A stretch of 64,000 nt of DNA from an uncultured Gemmatimonadales bacterium. GTDB taxonomy: Bacteria; Gemmatimonadota; Gemmatimonadetes; Gemmatimonadales; GWC2-71-9. A program made the translations under genes and the position numbers. Under the pieces are notes generated by a model. The model did no database searches and was not told where the DNA came from. It was given only the letters and a program-made list of their open reading frames with translations. This document shows positions 40,720 to 50,659 of the stretch, one piece after another; the stretch's first letter is position 1; every line of letters starts with the position of its first letter. The stretch is from contig CAVVKJ010000019.1 of assembly GCA_963748815.1 (NCBI GenBank), forward strand, positions 32,001-96,000. The letters run 5' to 3'.

Positions 40720-43210
40720 GTTGCCCTACGCCCCTTTCGTGCCCCCGCCTTCTTCTTCACGGTCTTTGTAGGCTTGCGACGCGGCGCGCCCTCAAAGTCC
40801 CCTCTTTCAGCAGCAGCGCCTTCTCATTTCCATACCGGTCGCAGAGAATCATCATCATCTGCTTCCCGCTGAAGTCCGCCTCCGCGACTCGCAGTTGCAG
40901 CCGCTGCGCGCCTTCCAGCCCACCAGCTGCCTTGACTATGTCCTCTCCCCACAGCACGTGGCTCAACCGAAAGACGTTTCCGTCGTAGTGGGTATCGACC
41001 ATGGCCATGGAAAATGTCTCGAAGTTGCGGAAATCCTCGGGGTCGGTCGCCAGCGTCTGGGCCCGGAATTCCGTGATCTCCAGGACAAAGTCAGCAAACA
41101 ACTCACCAGGTAGTGCTTCTTTCTTTGCCTTCCAGGCCACTTGAGGTTGCGAGATGAAGTCGAAGCCTACAGCATCGATCACCTCATTCACAGCGGCTTC
41201 ACTTGTCGGTTGCTTTAGTGCGGCTGGCATGCCCTTCTCGATCAGCCGGAGCAGTACCGAGACTGGAACCTTGAGGAAGACATACGTCGTGTCGCCCCTT
41301 GTCACCTCGTCTTCCGCAAAGTCCATCGATATCACGGGAGCAATGACATAGAATCGCTCAGCCGTCTTGCCGCGCAGGGTGCGGTGGAGGTCATCCACGT
41401 AGGCGTGGTCTAGCGTGAGCGCCGGAAAGTCCGGATAGTTCCACAGCAGCACCGAATGGGTGCCGATGTACCCATCGAGCGCCAACCCATAGCGCGTGTG
41501 GGGATGCTCCCTGACGCCAAAGAGCTTCAGCACGAATGGCCTGTAGTCCACCCACGGCAGCCCTTTGATGGTCTCCATGTCATAGACACCTGCCCGGTAG
41601 AGCGCGAACTCCTTCGCTGGCAACGGCTTGTCCTTGGCGGCCTTGTCCTTCGGCTCAATCACCGAGAGCCTGAATTCCACTCCACCAACCACGATGCGTT
41701 TGGCACCTGGCCCGTTCTCAGGTTCCGTCAACCGGTTCGAGGGGATCCGCATTTTCTCAGCTGGGCAGACCAATGACAATGACGCTCCCTGCTTCACCAA
41801 GTTGTGTGTTCCGACGAGGGTAGCCAAGTCCTTGAGCAGCTCCATCGTGACCTCGCACTCGCCTTTTCGCGCCTTGTCAGTGATGAGAAGGACGCTTGGC
41901 GCGCCTTTCAGATGGCCCGCCCAATCCTCCACTCTCTCGGGCTCGTTGCGGTCGTCCTTCCTCGATGTCCCGATGCTCGAGGTGAGTGAGAACAGGCGCT
42001 TCTGTGTGGTATAGATGGCCAACTTACCGCAATCCATGGCGATCCAGCGCCGCCCCAGCTTCTCCGCGACAGCTGGCGTGGTTCCGCTGCCGGCAAAGCA
42101 GTCGAGGACGATATCCCCTTCGTTTGATGAGGCACAGATGATGCGTTCTGCGAGCTGTTCAGGCTTCTGGGTTGGATAAGCGATGCGCTCTGCGGCTTGG
42201 CTGTTGACAGCCTTAATGTCGGTCCAGATCGACTGGATGGCAGCTCCTTTCTGCTCACTGAGGTAGGCTTTCAAGCGCGGCCACCCTCCCTTCTTTGCTG
42301 GCCAATAGATGCGCCCTTCCTTGTCAAGCCGATCCAACTCCTTATTTGCAAACTTCCAGTGATTGCCTTTCGCTCCCGGGATGAACCCACGCCAAGGGCT
42401 TCCCGATGAGCCATTTCGGAGCCCAGCCTGAGTCGCGTCAATCGTTGCGAAGCGGCGTCCGTCAGCTTCACTGTAAGTCTAGTAACGATCGATGTAGCTT
42501 GGGTCGTGGGCCAAGAACTGTTCGTTAAAGCGGAAGTTCGTGGCTTTGGAGTAGAACAGCAGAACATCGTGAATGTGATTGAATGTATGCGAGTCACTGC
42601 GGGCAGATGTCCGCTTCCAAATGATCTCGTTCTGGAAATTGTCTTCCCCGAACGTCTCGTCCAATACAGCCTTCAAGTAGTGACTCTTCTTCGTATCCAG
42701 GTGCACATAGATGCTACCGTCGTCGGCAAGCAGTTCGCGGAGCAGAATGAGACGGCGCCTGAGGAATTCGATGAACTGTGCGCCGAGGACCTTGTCCCGG
42801 TAGGCCTTCTCCTTGTCCTTCATGAAGTCCTGCCGCGTGGCAAACGGCGGGTCGATATAGATGAGCTTGATCTTGCCGCGTGTGCCGAGGCGGTTCGGCC
42901 CCTGTTGGTCGGCGAGCAGCTCCCGCAAAGCAAGGAGATTGTCCCCCCATACCAGCAGATTGCGCCAGCCGTCGCCATGCGGCCTCTCAGCACAAAAGGA
43001 CCGCTCCAACTGCCACGGCGCTGCCGGCGTCTGGGCCAGCACCTCCTCGCGGGACAGCTTCCCCTCATAGACCAGCCGGTACTCCTTGCCGATTTGAGAG
43101 GCGCGCCCGACGTCAGGAAAGAGGCGCTGTCGCCACTGTTCGGATAAGGGAGTCCCCGACTTGAGTAGGTTGTTGAGGTGCTGGCGCTCGGCGTCGTTCA
43201 AAGGCTTCAT
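40716..43210 (-). CDS. mod: Type III modification (Mod) adenine methyltransferase with long C-terminal extension (frameshifts near 42480 and 40790)
   Basis: WGDNL, LIYIDPPF, NEIIWKR, YPTQKPE, DCFAGSGTT. Confidence 0.88.
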
Positions 43211-43260
43211 GGATAGTGGGTCCAGTGGTTGTTCTAGGAGTGGGGCGACCGTGGAACCGA

Positions 43261-45066
43261 CTACAACTTTCTGAAGTACTTCTTGATGCGCGCTGCCATT
43301 AACCTCCGACGTTCGACCAGGAAGCTATCATAATCCTCGGCCAAGCCATCGAATATCCCCTCCGGAATGCAGTGCTGCTCCAGGTTCTTGCGAAGGTCTT
43401 CCCTGTCGTCTAACCCTCCCAACTTGCGCTTGCCTCCAACGCATTGCTTCTCAACAGCACGGAAGTAGTCTGATGGGGGACGCGCACCAATCGCAATGTT
43501 GATTTCACTCTGCGTCACTGCAAAGTTCGCGATTTGGTTATACTTGCCGCGCTGCAATCCCTGGGCTTTTAAGTGCTTGCGTGGAAATATATGGTGCACA
43601 TCGGAATGGTTCTCGATGAGATCCTGCACGGTGATATCACGGGACAGGAACCCCAGGTCCCCCAGTTTCACTTGCGCTGCCTGGAACACCAGGAAGAAGG
43701 GGCTCCTTGTTGAGGAGGTCTCCATCTGCTGAGGGAGGAGGACATTCCAGAAGTCATCCGTGAGCGAGGAAGTCACGGTGGTGTCAACGTGCTGCTTGAG
43801 ACCACGCTCGTCGATCTGCCGAATATCGGAGTCAAAGGCGGATTCCGGCGTCCCGCTGTAGCGGCCGGTCAGCATCGACATCACAAACCATTGTTTCACA
43901 AGGCGCTCGATCTCGGCGGACTCCACCTTGTCTGCCCGACCACGCAGATAAATGATGTACGCAAAGTTGATGGCGTTTTGGCTGCCGATGAGGTCCGGGC
44001 TCACGAAACCGGCAGATCGCAGGATCATGATGAGACGCTCAAAGTGCGTCTTGTTGATGAAATTGTGCACGCCGGTGCGCAGTTTAGTGAACGATTCCTC
44101 CGCGATGGCCTCCTCGTACTGCTTCGTTTCGAAATTGCGTCCGGAGAGCAGGGCCACGAGGTCTTGAAGCTTCCCCCGCTTGAACTCGCTCGTGAAGGCC
44201 ACCCTGAGCATGTCCGTGTATGACGGGTCGTAAATGTCGTCGTTGGTGTCCTTCAGCCACCCAATTTTGGGGAAGAACTCTGATTTGGCAAACACAGGGT
44301 CACCGTTCTTGATCTTGCTATAGAACTCGGGCGCCACTGCCAGGTGACAGAAGTAGTCAATCGCCTTGCGCAGCAGATTCCCGCCATAGGTGTCGTTGGC
44401 AGCAATTTTGGACATCGCGAAGTCGGCCTGACTCAGTTCCTTGCCGGCCGAGTTTACTCGAATGAAAATCTCTGTGACCGTTTCGATGTCGAGGTCGTCA
44501 GATAGATCGATGATGCCGACATGGTTATTGATGATCTTGCGAAGTGTCTCGAGCGTGGTGAAGACCGTGTCTTCGCTCATCCCGGGATTGTCCGCGGCAT
44601 ACGCCTTGGTGATCTGGAGAAGTTTCGCATCCGGCGCGAAGACTGCTGAGACGTCCGGAATCCAGGCCGAGTCCCGCTGAATGGCGGGATTGGACACCTC
44701 GAACAGCTCATTGCCCGGATGGAAAGCGATCCGGATCCGCGCCGTCTCGTAATCCTTGTTGACCACTTCATAACCGAGGAGTGCCGCCATCAGGGCGGTC
44801 ACCCTCTGCTGGCCATCGATGAGGATGCGCTTGCCTGCTGACGGACTCCCGTCCTTGAGACGTACGGTGGGATTACGCCATGCGATGAGATATCCTACGG
44901 GGTATCCGCGGTAGAGCGAGTCCAACAGACCCCGAACCTGAGTCGCATCCCAGACAAATGGGCGTTGAATTTCTGGGATCGCGATCTCGCCAGACTTGAC
45001 CCAAGTGAGCAGCGTGTCAATTGGGTGCGGAGTGACTGTATATCGCTGGGTTGCCATCGGTTTCAC
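43261..45066 (-). CDS. GmrSD-type DUF262 (ParB-like) protein with C-terminal HNH-like domain
   Basis: [29 protein letters not shown]. Confidence 0.88.
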   Translation of the reverse strand: MKPMATQRYTVTPHPIDTLLTWVKSGEIAIPEIQRPFVWDATQVRGLLDSLYRGYPVGYLIAWRNPTVRLKDGSPSAGKRILIDGQQRVTALMAALLGYEVVNKDYETARIRIAFHPGNELFEVSNPAIQRDSAWIPDVSAVFAPDAKLLQITKAYAADNPGMSEDTVFTTLETLRKIINNHVGIIDLSDDLDIETVTEIFIRVNSAGKELSQADFAMSKIAANDTYGGNLLRKAIDYFCHLAVAPEFYSKIKNGDPVFAKSEFFPKIGWLKDTNDDIYDPSYTDMLRVAFTSEFKRGKLQDLVALLSGRNFETKQYEEAIAEESFTKLRTGVHNFINKTHFERLIMILRSAGFVSPDLIGSQNAINFAYIIYLRGRADKVESAEIERLVKQWFVMSMLTGRYSGTPESAFDSDIRQIDERGLKQHVDTTVTSSLTDDFWNVLLPQQMETSSTRSPFFLVFQAAQVKLGDLGFLSRDITVQDLIENHSDVHHIFPRKHLKAQGLQRGKYNQIANFAVTQSEINIAIGARPPSDYFRAVEKQCVGGKRKLGGLDDREDLRKNLEQHCIPEGIFDGLAEDYDSFLVERRRLMAARIKKYFRKL

Positions 45067-45177
45067 GTCCCTTTGTCGCGGTATTCAATGAAGGATTGTG
45101 ACGCGCTGTCCTACCGTCATGTGCACATCCGCTCAGGCATGGGTGCCCGCATCAGGCGGTCGCCGCGCAAGCCAATG

Positions 45178-47169
45178 CTACTCGAACGGGTATTGCTCTG
45201 GTACGTAATCGTACCCGCTGCACTCCCACACCCACTGTCGGCATTGCCGAGTTAGGGTGAGCCTGTCAGTGGGGTCTGGAATGAAGGCAATCTCTAAGTG
45301 GCTCTGTGTCTGCCGCACCACGGCCAAATGGTACTTCGCCCCCATCTGGCGTGCGACGGCTTCCTCATTCGTCGTCAGGGTAAACGACTGGCCAACATAG
45401 TCGATGAGCTTTACCTCGATGGCCATGCTTTCCCCCTGGTCTGTCCTCCCTTCTATGTCGTAACCGATATTCTCTCTGCTCACATCCTTCACTTGCCAGC
45501 CCCGAGAAGCAAGAATGTCGAGCACTTGCTGCTCGGCGCTCCGCCATTTCTTGAGGCTCACTGGACCTGCAGTAGACCTAGTGGTTTGTTGGCCAACGGC
45601 ACCGACCTTCCTCGGCGGACCCCACTCGCCGAGCAAACGGATTGCAGATGCCTCGTTGCTCATGGCGGTGAGAAGGCGAACGACCTCTCCGCTACTGCGC
45701 ACCTTCTCCCTGACTTGGTCGACAAAGGTGGATGCGAGTGGCGTGCCGTGCCGCAGTGCAGTCTCCAAGGACTCAGGTCGAATGCCCGTCGGCCACAACT
45801 TCCAAGCACTCTTAAGATTCCCAGGCGCGATCTGTCTGGTAGATAGAAGGGTCGTCAAGTGCGCGACCACTTCCGCGGCGCCAGACTCAGAGGGAGCTAG
45901 GGTGACCAAAGCAGGTGCGATGTTCTGAAAGTTTGCCTCCCTCGCACCAAGAAACCTCAGGAAGACCCTCAATCCTTCCGTGGCTTCGAGGTTGCGCGGG
46001 ACTACTCTTAGACCCGCTTTGGTGGCCACAGCATAGAAATCGACCGCATTGAGCCAAGTCGGCCGCAAGTAGAGGTCATCCCAATGGTTTGCGGCATATC
46101 GTTGAATTGCAGAGTACAACTCCGTGCGAAAGGACCGACGCTGGAGGCCAGCCATTCGGGGGTCGGCAATCGGGACCAGAGCGGCAAGCAGGCGGATGTC
46201 GCCAGAACTGAATACGCACTCGCGAACCAGGTCCACGATGAATGCCGCTGCCACGTTGATAGCTCCGGACGTCCGATCGTCCAACACCACCCGAGTGCGC
46301 GAAGGGTCGGTGCTGATGTCACCATTCAGCTTGAAGGAAAACCCTGAAGCTTCCAACGTTGGGAGGAAGGCATGAACGACAGCCCTCCGTTCATCCAGTC
46401 GAACGATGCCCGTCGGATCGTGGACAAATCCCAAAGCAATGTCATCTCTCTCCATGATCGTCCATTGGAAAGATCCTTCCACGCTCGCCAAGCGCAGCGA
46501 TCGAACCCCAGGTGCTTGATTCTCCCGACGAATGGTGACGAGGGTGTCGATATCCCCACGCAGTTCCATCTGTCGCACGTTGCGCAGGAATAGAAGCCCA
46601 GAAGGGTCGAAGGCCGCGAATTCTGCCTCGATTCCAGTGGCGATCAACCCGGCAAATACGAAAACGGTATTGAAGCCGTCGGCATTAAGTTTGTCGATTT
46701 CCTTGCCGAAGGGTACGCGGTCTGATGGCAGAAGCGGATGGGGAATGCGAATCAGCGGAACCCGGCTCGCTTCTGGGATGTCAAGTGCGGTACGTTCTCG
46801 TGAAAACGTGGCTGCAAGCTCTCCACTCAAGACGTGCACGGTGTGAGCGAATCCTACGACTGACTTGAAGCCGATACCGCGGAATCCAATGCAAACACCT
46901 CTTTCCTTCAAAGAGGACGCGCTGCGGCACAGGCTTTGGAAGTCATTCAGAGTGAATGAGTTGCCGTCGTTTGCTACCAGCAGGAAACCATCCGTCCGTC
47001 GAACACTGAACCTTGCCGCCCCAGCATCGTCTGCATTCTGAAGGAGCTCGACAAACGAACGCGCGTCGTAGCTCTCAGCAATGTACTGCTCCAGTCCGGC
47101 AAGATCCGAAAGCAGGCCGGGAGACTGGCGGGCCTCACTCAGTAGGCTGTCCCTGACAGTTGTGAGCAT
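45178..47169 (-). CDS. Sacsin/NOV-like GHKL ATPase fused to DUF3883 nuclease
   Basis: ELLQNADDA, NDG..F, GFRGIGFKSV; C-terminal GYDI..IEVK..LTTNE. Confidence 0.85.
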   Translation of the reverse strand: MLTTVRDSLLSEARQSPGLLSDLAGLEQYIAESYDARSFVELLQNADDAGAARFSVRRTDGFLLVANDGNSFTLNDFQSLCRSASSLKERGVCIGFRGIGFKSVVGFAHTVHVLSGELAATFSRERTALDIPEASRVPLIRIPHPLLPSDRVPFGKEIDKLNADGFNTVFVFAGLIATGIEAEFAAFDPSGLLFLRNVRQMELRGDIDTLVTIRRENQAPGVRSLRLASVEGSFQWTIMERDDIALGFVHDPTGIVRLDERRAVVHAFLPTLEASGFSFKLNGDISTDPSRTRVVLDDRTSGAINVAAAFIVDLVRECVFSSGDIRLLAALVPIADPRMAGLQRRSFRTELYSAIQRYAANHWDDLYLRPTWLNAVDFYAVATKAGLRVVPRNLEATEGLRVFLRFLGAREANFQNIAPALVTLAPSESGAAEVVAHLTTLLSTRQIAPGNLKSAWKLWPTGIRPESLETALRHGTPLASTFVDQVREKVRSSGEVVRLLTAMSNEASAIRLLGEWGPPRKVGAVGQQTTRSTAGPVSLKKWRSAEQQVLDILASRGWQVKDVSRENIGYDIEGRTDQGESMAIEVKLIDYVGQSFTLTTNEEAVARQMGAKYHLAVVRQTQSHLEIAFIPDPTDRLTLTRQCRQWVWECSGYDYVPEQYPFE

Positions 47170-47174
47170 GGATG

Positions 47175-47942
47175 TCAGTTCGGTTCGGGATAGATGCGAA
47201 TGCGATGTACGGCTGAGATTTCAAGGTGGTTTATCCATATTTCGAACGTAGAGAAGAGGTTAAAACTCTCCCTATAGAACGAGTCGCTATTGATCGCCAA
47301 CACACGGCCATGCGGGCCGTAGACCACCGCCTTCAAAACAGTGTCCTGCGTAAGCGTGGCGCCGTCTCTAGAATAGATTTCGCCAAGAATTGTGAGTTGG
47401 TTTGACTCTACGGATACCCGCACCGAGAGACCCTCTAGTCGAATACCGAGTTGCTCCTCAAGTACTTCTAGTCGTTCGATATGTTCGAGCAATCGGTCTG
47501 CTAATTGGCTTTCGGATAGTGGGAGGTCCTCGACTTGCGTCATTGCAAGCTTCCAACCCTCATCGGCAGGAAGATCGGGGTCGATACAGTCGAACCGCAT
47601 TGCGATCTTCTTGCCAGAATGCGGCACGCTAGCATGGCAGTACAGCGCGTCGCCGATGCAGATCTCCTGAAGGTGGCGCCGATAGAAGACCAGCCCACAC
47701 TTCCTACTGGCATTGGGAAGGATCGTTTCCGATTCGACCAGGTAGCCCGTCAACCAAATGCTCTGAGTGAGTTGCTCGCCAGCGGCGGTGACGTACGTAG
47801 CCTTGGAAACCTCTATTCCCCTAGGCACGGAAGCGAAATTTCTAATCGCGAGGTAGAAGAGGTAGGCCTCTTCGTCGTTGTTCATCTCCGTTTCCTCAAT
47901 CGAGGAGATCTGGAATTGGAAACCGACGAGATCAGATGTCAT
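47175..47942 (-). CDS. Hypothetical protein
   Basis: Long AT-richer ORF at head of the co-oriented defence cluster. Confidence 0.6.
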   Translation of the reverse strand: MTSDLVGFQFQISSIEETEMNNDEEAYLFYLAIRNFASVPRGIEVSKATYVTAAGEQLTQSIWLTGYLVESETILPNASRKCGLVFYRRHLQEICIGDALYCHASVPHSGKKIAMRFDCIDPDLPADEGWKLAMTQVEDLPLSESQLADRLLEHIERLEVLEEQLGIRLEGLSVRVSVESNQLTILGEIYSRDGATLTQDTVLKAVVYGPHGRVLAINSDSFYRESFNLFSTFEIWINHLEISAVHRIRIYPEPN

Positions 47943-48225
47943 ACCTCACACCCTGGTGCGAGCATAGTATCGGTATCACGTACCATGAAGTTGCCTCGAC
48001 TGCCGACTAGACATCCAATGGAAGGACAAGATGTGGAGATGTTGACGTCAGGACTCACCTAACCATGAATGCGATCGGACCGACACGGTGGACCAAGGGT
48101 TTGTGCTTCAGCTTGGACCGAACTTCCAAATGTACCCACTGGATATACCCGCGATAGGGCAGTGTCCTGCCGTGGCGAGCGAGCTTTGCGGGGCCAGACT
48201 GCTCCCGCCTCGGCGCTTGGCCTGC

Positions 48226-48489
48226 CTACCTCGGCACCACCCTTCGCTCCCCGAACACCTCGGCGTCCGCACCGACGCACTTGTAGTCGAGCACCTCTGG
48301 AAGATCGCCGGCGTGCAGGTAGCTGGCGCCCCCGACCTGGCCGGTGGAGGAGTAGATCTCGAAGTTGACCTCGCCGTCGAGCACGAGATGGATCTGCGCC
48401 AGGTTGCTCTTCTCGCCACGGGCCACGTTGACCACCACCGCCTCGATCCGCTTCCCGATCAGATGCTGCCAGCCACCCTTGATGGACAT
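48226..48489 (-). CDS. Small hypothetical protein
   Basis: GGAGG RBS, GC3-biased codons, downstream of PafBC-type promoter. Confidence 0.55.
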   Translation of the reverse strand: MSIKGGWQHLIGKRIEAVVVNVARGEKSNLAQIHLVLDGEVNFEIYSSTGQVGGASYLHAGDLPEVLDYKCVGADAEVFGERRVVPR

Positions 48490-48529
48490 CCATGCCTCCA
48501 AGTCGTTTGACCTCCCTCAGGTGGCCCTG

Positions 48530-48551
48530 ACGATACGGTGGGGGTGTGACA
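48530..48551 (-). promoter_or_regulatory. PafBC-type promoter
   Basis: TGTCACACCCC-CACCG-TATCGT. Confidence 0.65.
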
Positions 48552-48559
48552 TTCCCTGA

Positions 48560-48646
48560 CGTCCCCCCTCTCCAGGAGGGAGAGGGGTTGGGGGTGAGGG
48601 GGTACCCCCCCTCTCCGCTAGCCGGAGAGGGGGCCGGGGGGTGAGG
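48560..48646. repeat. Two tandem family B hairpins downstream of pafC
   Basis: CCCCCCTCTCC..GGAGAGGGG..GGGGTGAGG twice. Confidence 0.75.
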
Positions 48647-48650
48647 ACGA

Positions 48651-49595
48651 TCATTCCAGGATCTCCTTCAGCCCCTGCGCAATCGCCTCCCGAATTTCCT
48701 TCGGCTCCACCACCTCCGCATCCGGGCCGTACTGCAGCACATGCCGGAGCGCCCAGTGCGGGTCGGCCAGCGGGTGCTCGAGCGTGACCGTCCCGTCGGC
48801 CTCCACCGGCACCCACTCCCGCTCCGCCACCCACCGCGCCACCCGCGCCGAGTACCGCACGGTGAGCGTCCCCACCCCCTCCGCCACGAACATCTTCCGC
48901 TCCCGCAGCACGGCATCCACCGAAAACTCCGCCGGCACCTCGAATTCCTCGTCGGTCACCTCCACCGCGTCCATCCGGTCCAATCGGAAGAACCGCAGCC
49001 CCGTGGCCCCGTCCGCCAGCGCCACCAGGTACCAGCTCAGCTCGGCGTACACCACCGCCAGCGGCGCCGCCACCCGCGTGGCCGCCGCGTCCGCCCCGCT
49101 CTTGTGATAGGAGAACCGCACCCGCGTCCGTTCGCGCACCGCACCACGCAGCAGCGAGAGCATCTCGAGGTCCACCGCCCCGCCCAGCGACGCCGAAAAA
49201 TCCTTCTCCTGGATGTCCTGCCCCGGCAGCTTGGCGATCACCTGCCGTAGCCGCTCCCGCGCGCCGTCGATGGCCCGCGTCTCGTCCGGCGGCCGCTCGG
49301 CGCGCAGCATCGCGAGCCCCAGCTCCAGCGCGCAGAGCTCCGGCAAGGTGAGCCGCATCGGGCGGAGGAAGTGATCGGACCGTACCGCCACCTGGTCCGT
49401 CTCCAGGAAGATCTGCACCCCCTCCACGAACCCGCCCGGATCGTCGAACCGCTCGGCGAGGGACTTGAGGTCCTGCAGGAGTGTCGGGCGGTCTACCCCC
49501 GCCTGCTCCGCCACCTCGTTGATGGGATGCGAACGGTCGTCGGCCAGCGTCGGGATCAGGTGCAGGATCCGCCGGAGCTGCAGCGCCGCGCTCAT
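48651..49595 (-). CDS. pafC: PafC-like HTH-WYL-WCX regulator
   Basis: LRRILHLIP..L.QDL, RPMRLT..E..AL..GL, WYLVA..RFFRLDRM. Confidence 0.8.
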   Translation of the reverse strand: MSAALQLRRILHLIPTLADDRSHPINEVAEQAGVDRPTLLQDLKSLAERFDDPGGFVEGVQIFLETDQVAVRSDHFLRPMRLTLPELCALELGLAMLRAERPPDETRAIDGARERLRQVIAKLPGQDIQEKDFSASLGGAVDLEMLSLLRGAVRERTRVRFSYHKSGADAAATRVAAPLAVVYAELSWYLVALADGATGLRFFRLDRMDAVEVTDEEFEVPAEFSVDAVLRERKMFVAEGVGTLTVRYSARVARWVAEREWVPVEADGTVTLEHPLADPHWALRHVLQYGPDAEVVEPKEIREAIAQGLKEILE

Positions 49596-50659
49596 CGGGC
49601 GTAGATCTCCGCCGTGGCGCCGGCCATCGCGCGGTACTCGGCAATCAATTCCTTCGGCGCCACCGGCGTCGCGTCACCCGCCAACGACAAGAGCCACCGC
49701 GCGAAAGCATCCACCCGCCGCACCTGGAACTTCCGCCGGTCGGGATGATTATTGACCGGTGCGCCGAGGCGGGCGGCGGCACGCGCCGGGCCGGAGCGGC
49801 GGTCGAACTCCACCTCCGCCGTCATCGCGTGGCCGTCGCCCAGTTCCCACGCCTGCCGGGACTGTGCGTGCTTCTTCAGCGAGAACTTCTCCGGTACGGC
49901 GTAGTCCGGCGTCCCCGGTGCCTGCCCATTTGCTGCCGCTCCCGTCATCCGGCTCAACCGGAAGTTCTTGACGATCTCTTCCTCCGGCGCGCGCGCCGCC
50001 AGGTACCAGTGCCGCCCCAGGAAGAAGAGCCCCATCGGCTCGACGGTGCGCTCCGCCTCCTCGTTGCGACCCATCGATCGATACGTGAAGGTGACGCGCT
50101 TCCGCCGCTCCAGCGCCCCGGCCAGCACGTCGAAAATCTCGTCGTGATTCTCGACCGGACCCGCCACCTGCACTTCAGGCGCGCGGGACGCATCCACCGG
50201 CAGGTCGAACGCCAGCTTGCGGCACGCCGAATCGGCCAGCGCCGCCAGCTCCGGCACGCCCAGCGCCCGCACCCGCGCCGCTGCCTCGGCCACCGCCGCG
50301 AGCTCGTCCGGCTCGAACGCCAGCCCGGCCAGCGCCTTGTAGCCGTAGCGGTCCACCCGCTTCGGCGCCGTCTTTCGTCCCTCCACCACCATCGACAGAT
50401 ACGGCAGATAGAATTCCTTCGCCGCCAGCCGGTATCCCTCGGCCTCTCCCTCGGGCGACAGCACCGTCTCGATCGGCACGCCGAAGGCGCGGAGCTCGTC
50501 CTTGTCCCGCTCGAACATCCGCCGGAGCGCCGCCTTGCTCTGCTTCCCTGGCTGATACCCCGGCACCTCCTGCGCCAGCTCGTCAAATGAGACGGCGTAC
50601 CGCCGCCTGAGGAGTGCGGCGAGCAGATCAATCCAGCGCTGGAGCTTCGGTGCAGCCAT
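49592..50659 (-). CDS. pafB: PafB-like HTH-WYL-WCX regulator
   Basis: RRMFERDKDELRAFGVPIET (PafB hallmark), WYL..NFRLSRM. Confidence 0.82.
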   Translation of the reverse strand: MAAPKLQRWIDLLAALLRRRYAVSFDELAQEVPGYQPGKQSKAALRRMFERDKDELRAFGVPIETVLSPEGEAEGYRLAAKEFYLPYLSMVVEGRKTAPKRVDRYGYKALAGLAFEPDELAAVAEAAARVRALGVPELAALADSACRKLAFDLPVDASRAPEVQVAGPVENHDEIFDVLAGALERRKRVTFTYRSMGRNEEAERTVEPMGLFFLGRHWYLAARAPEEEIVKNFRLSRMTGAAANGQAPGTPDYAVPEKFSLKKHAQSRQAWELGDGHAMTAEVEFDRRSGPARAAARLGAPVNNHPDRRKFQVRRVDAFARWLLSLAGDATPVAPKELIAEYRAMAGATAEIYAR

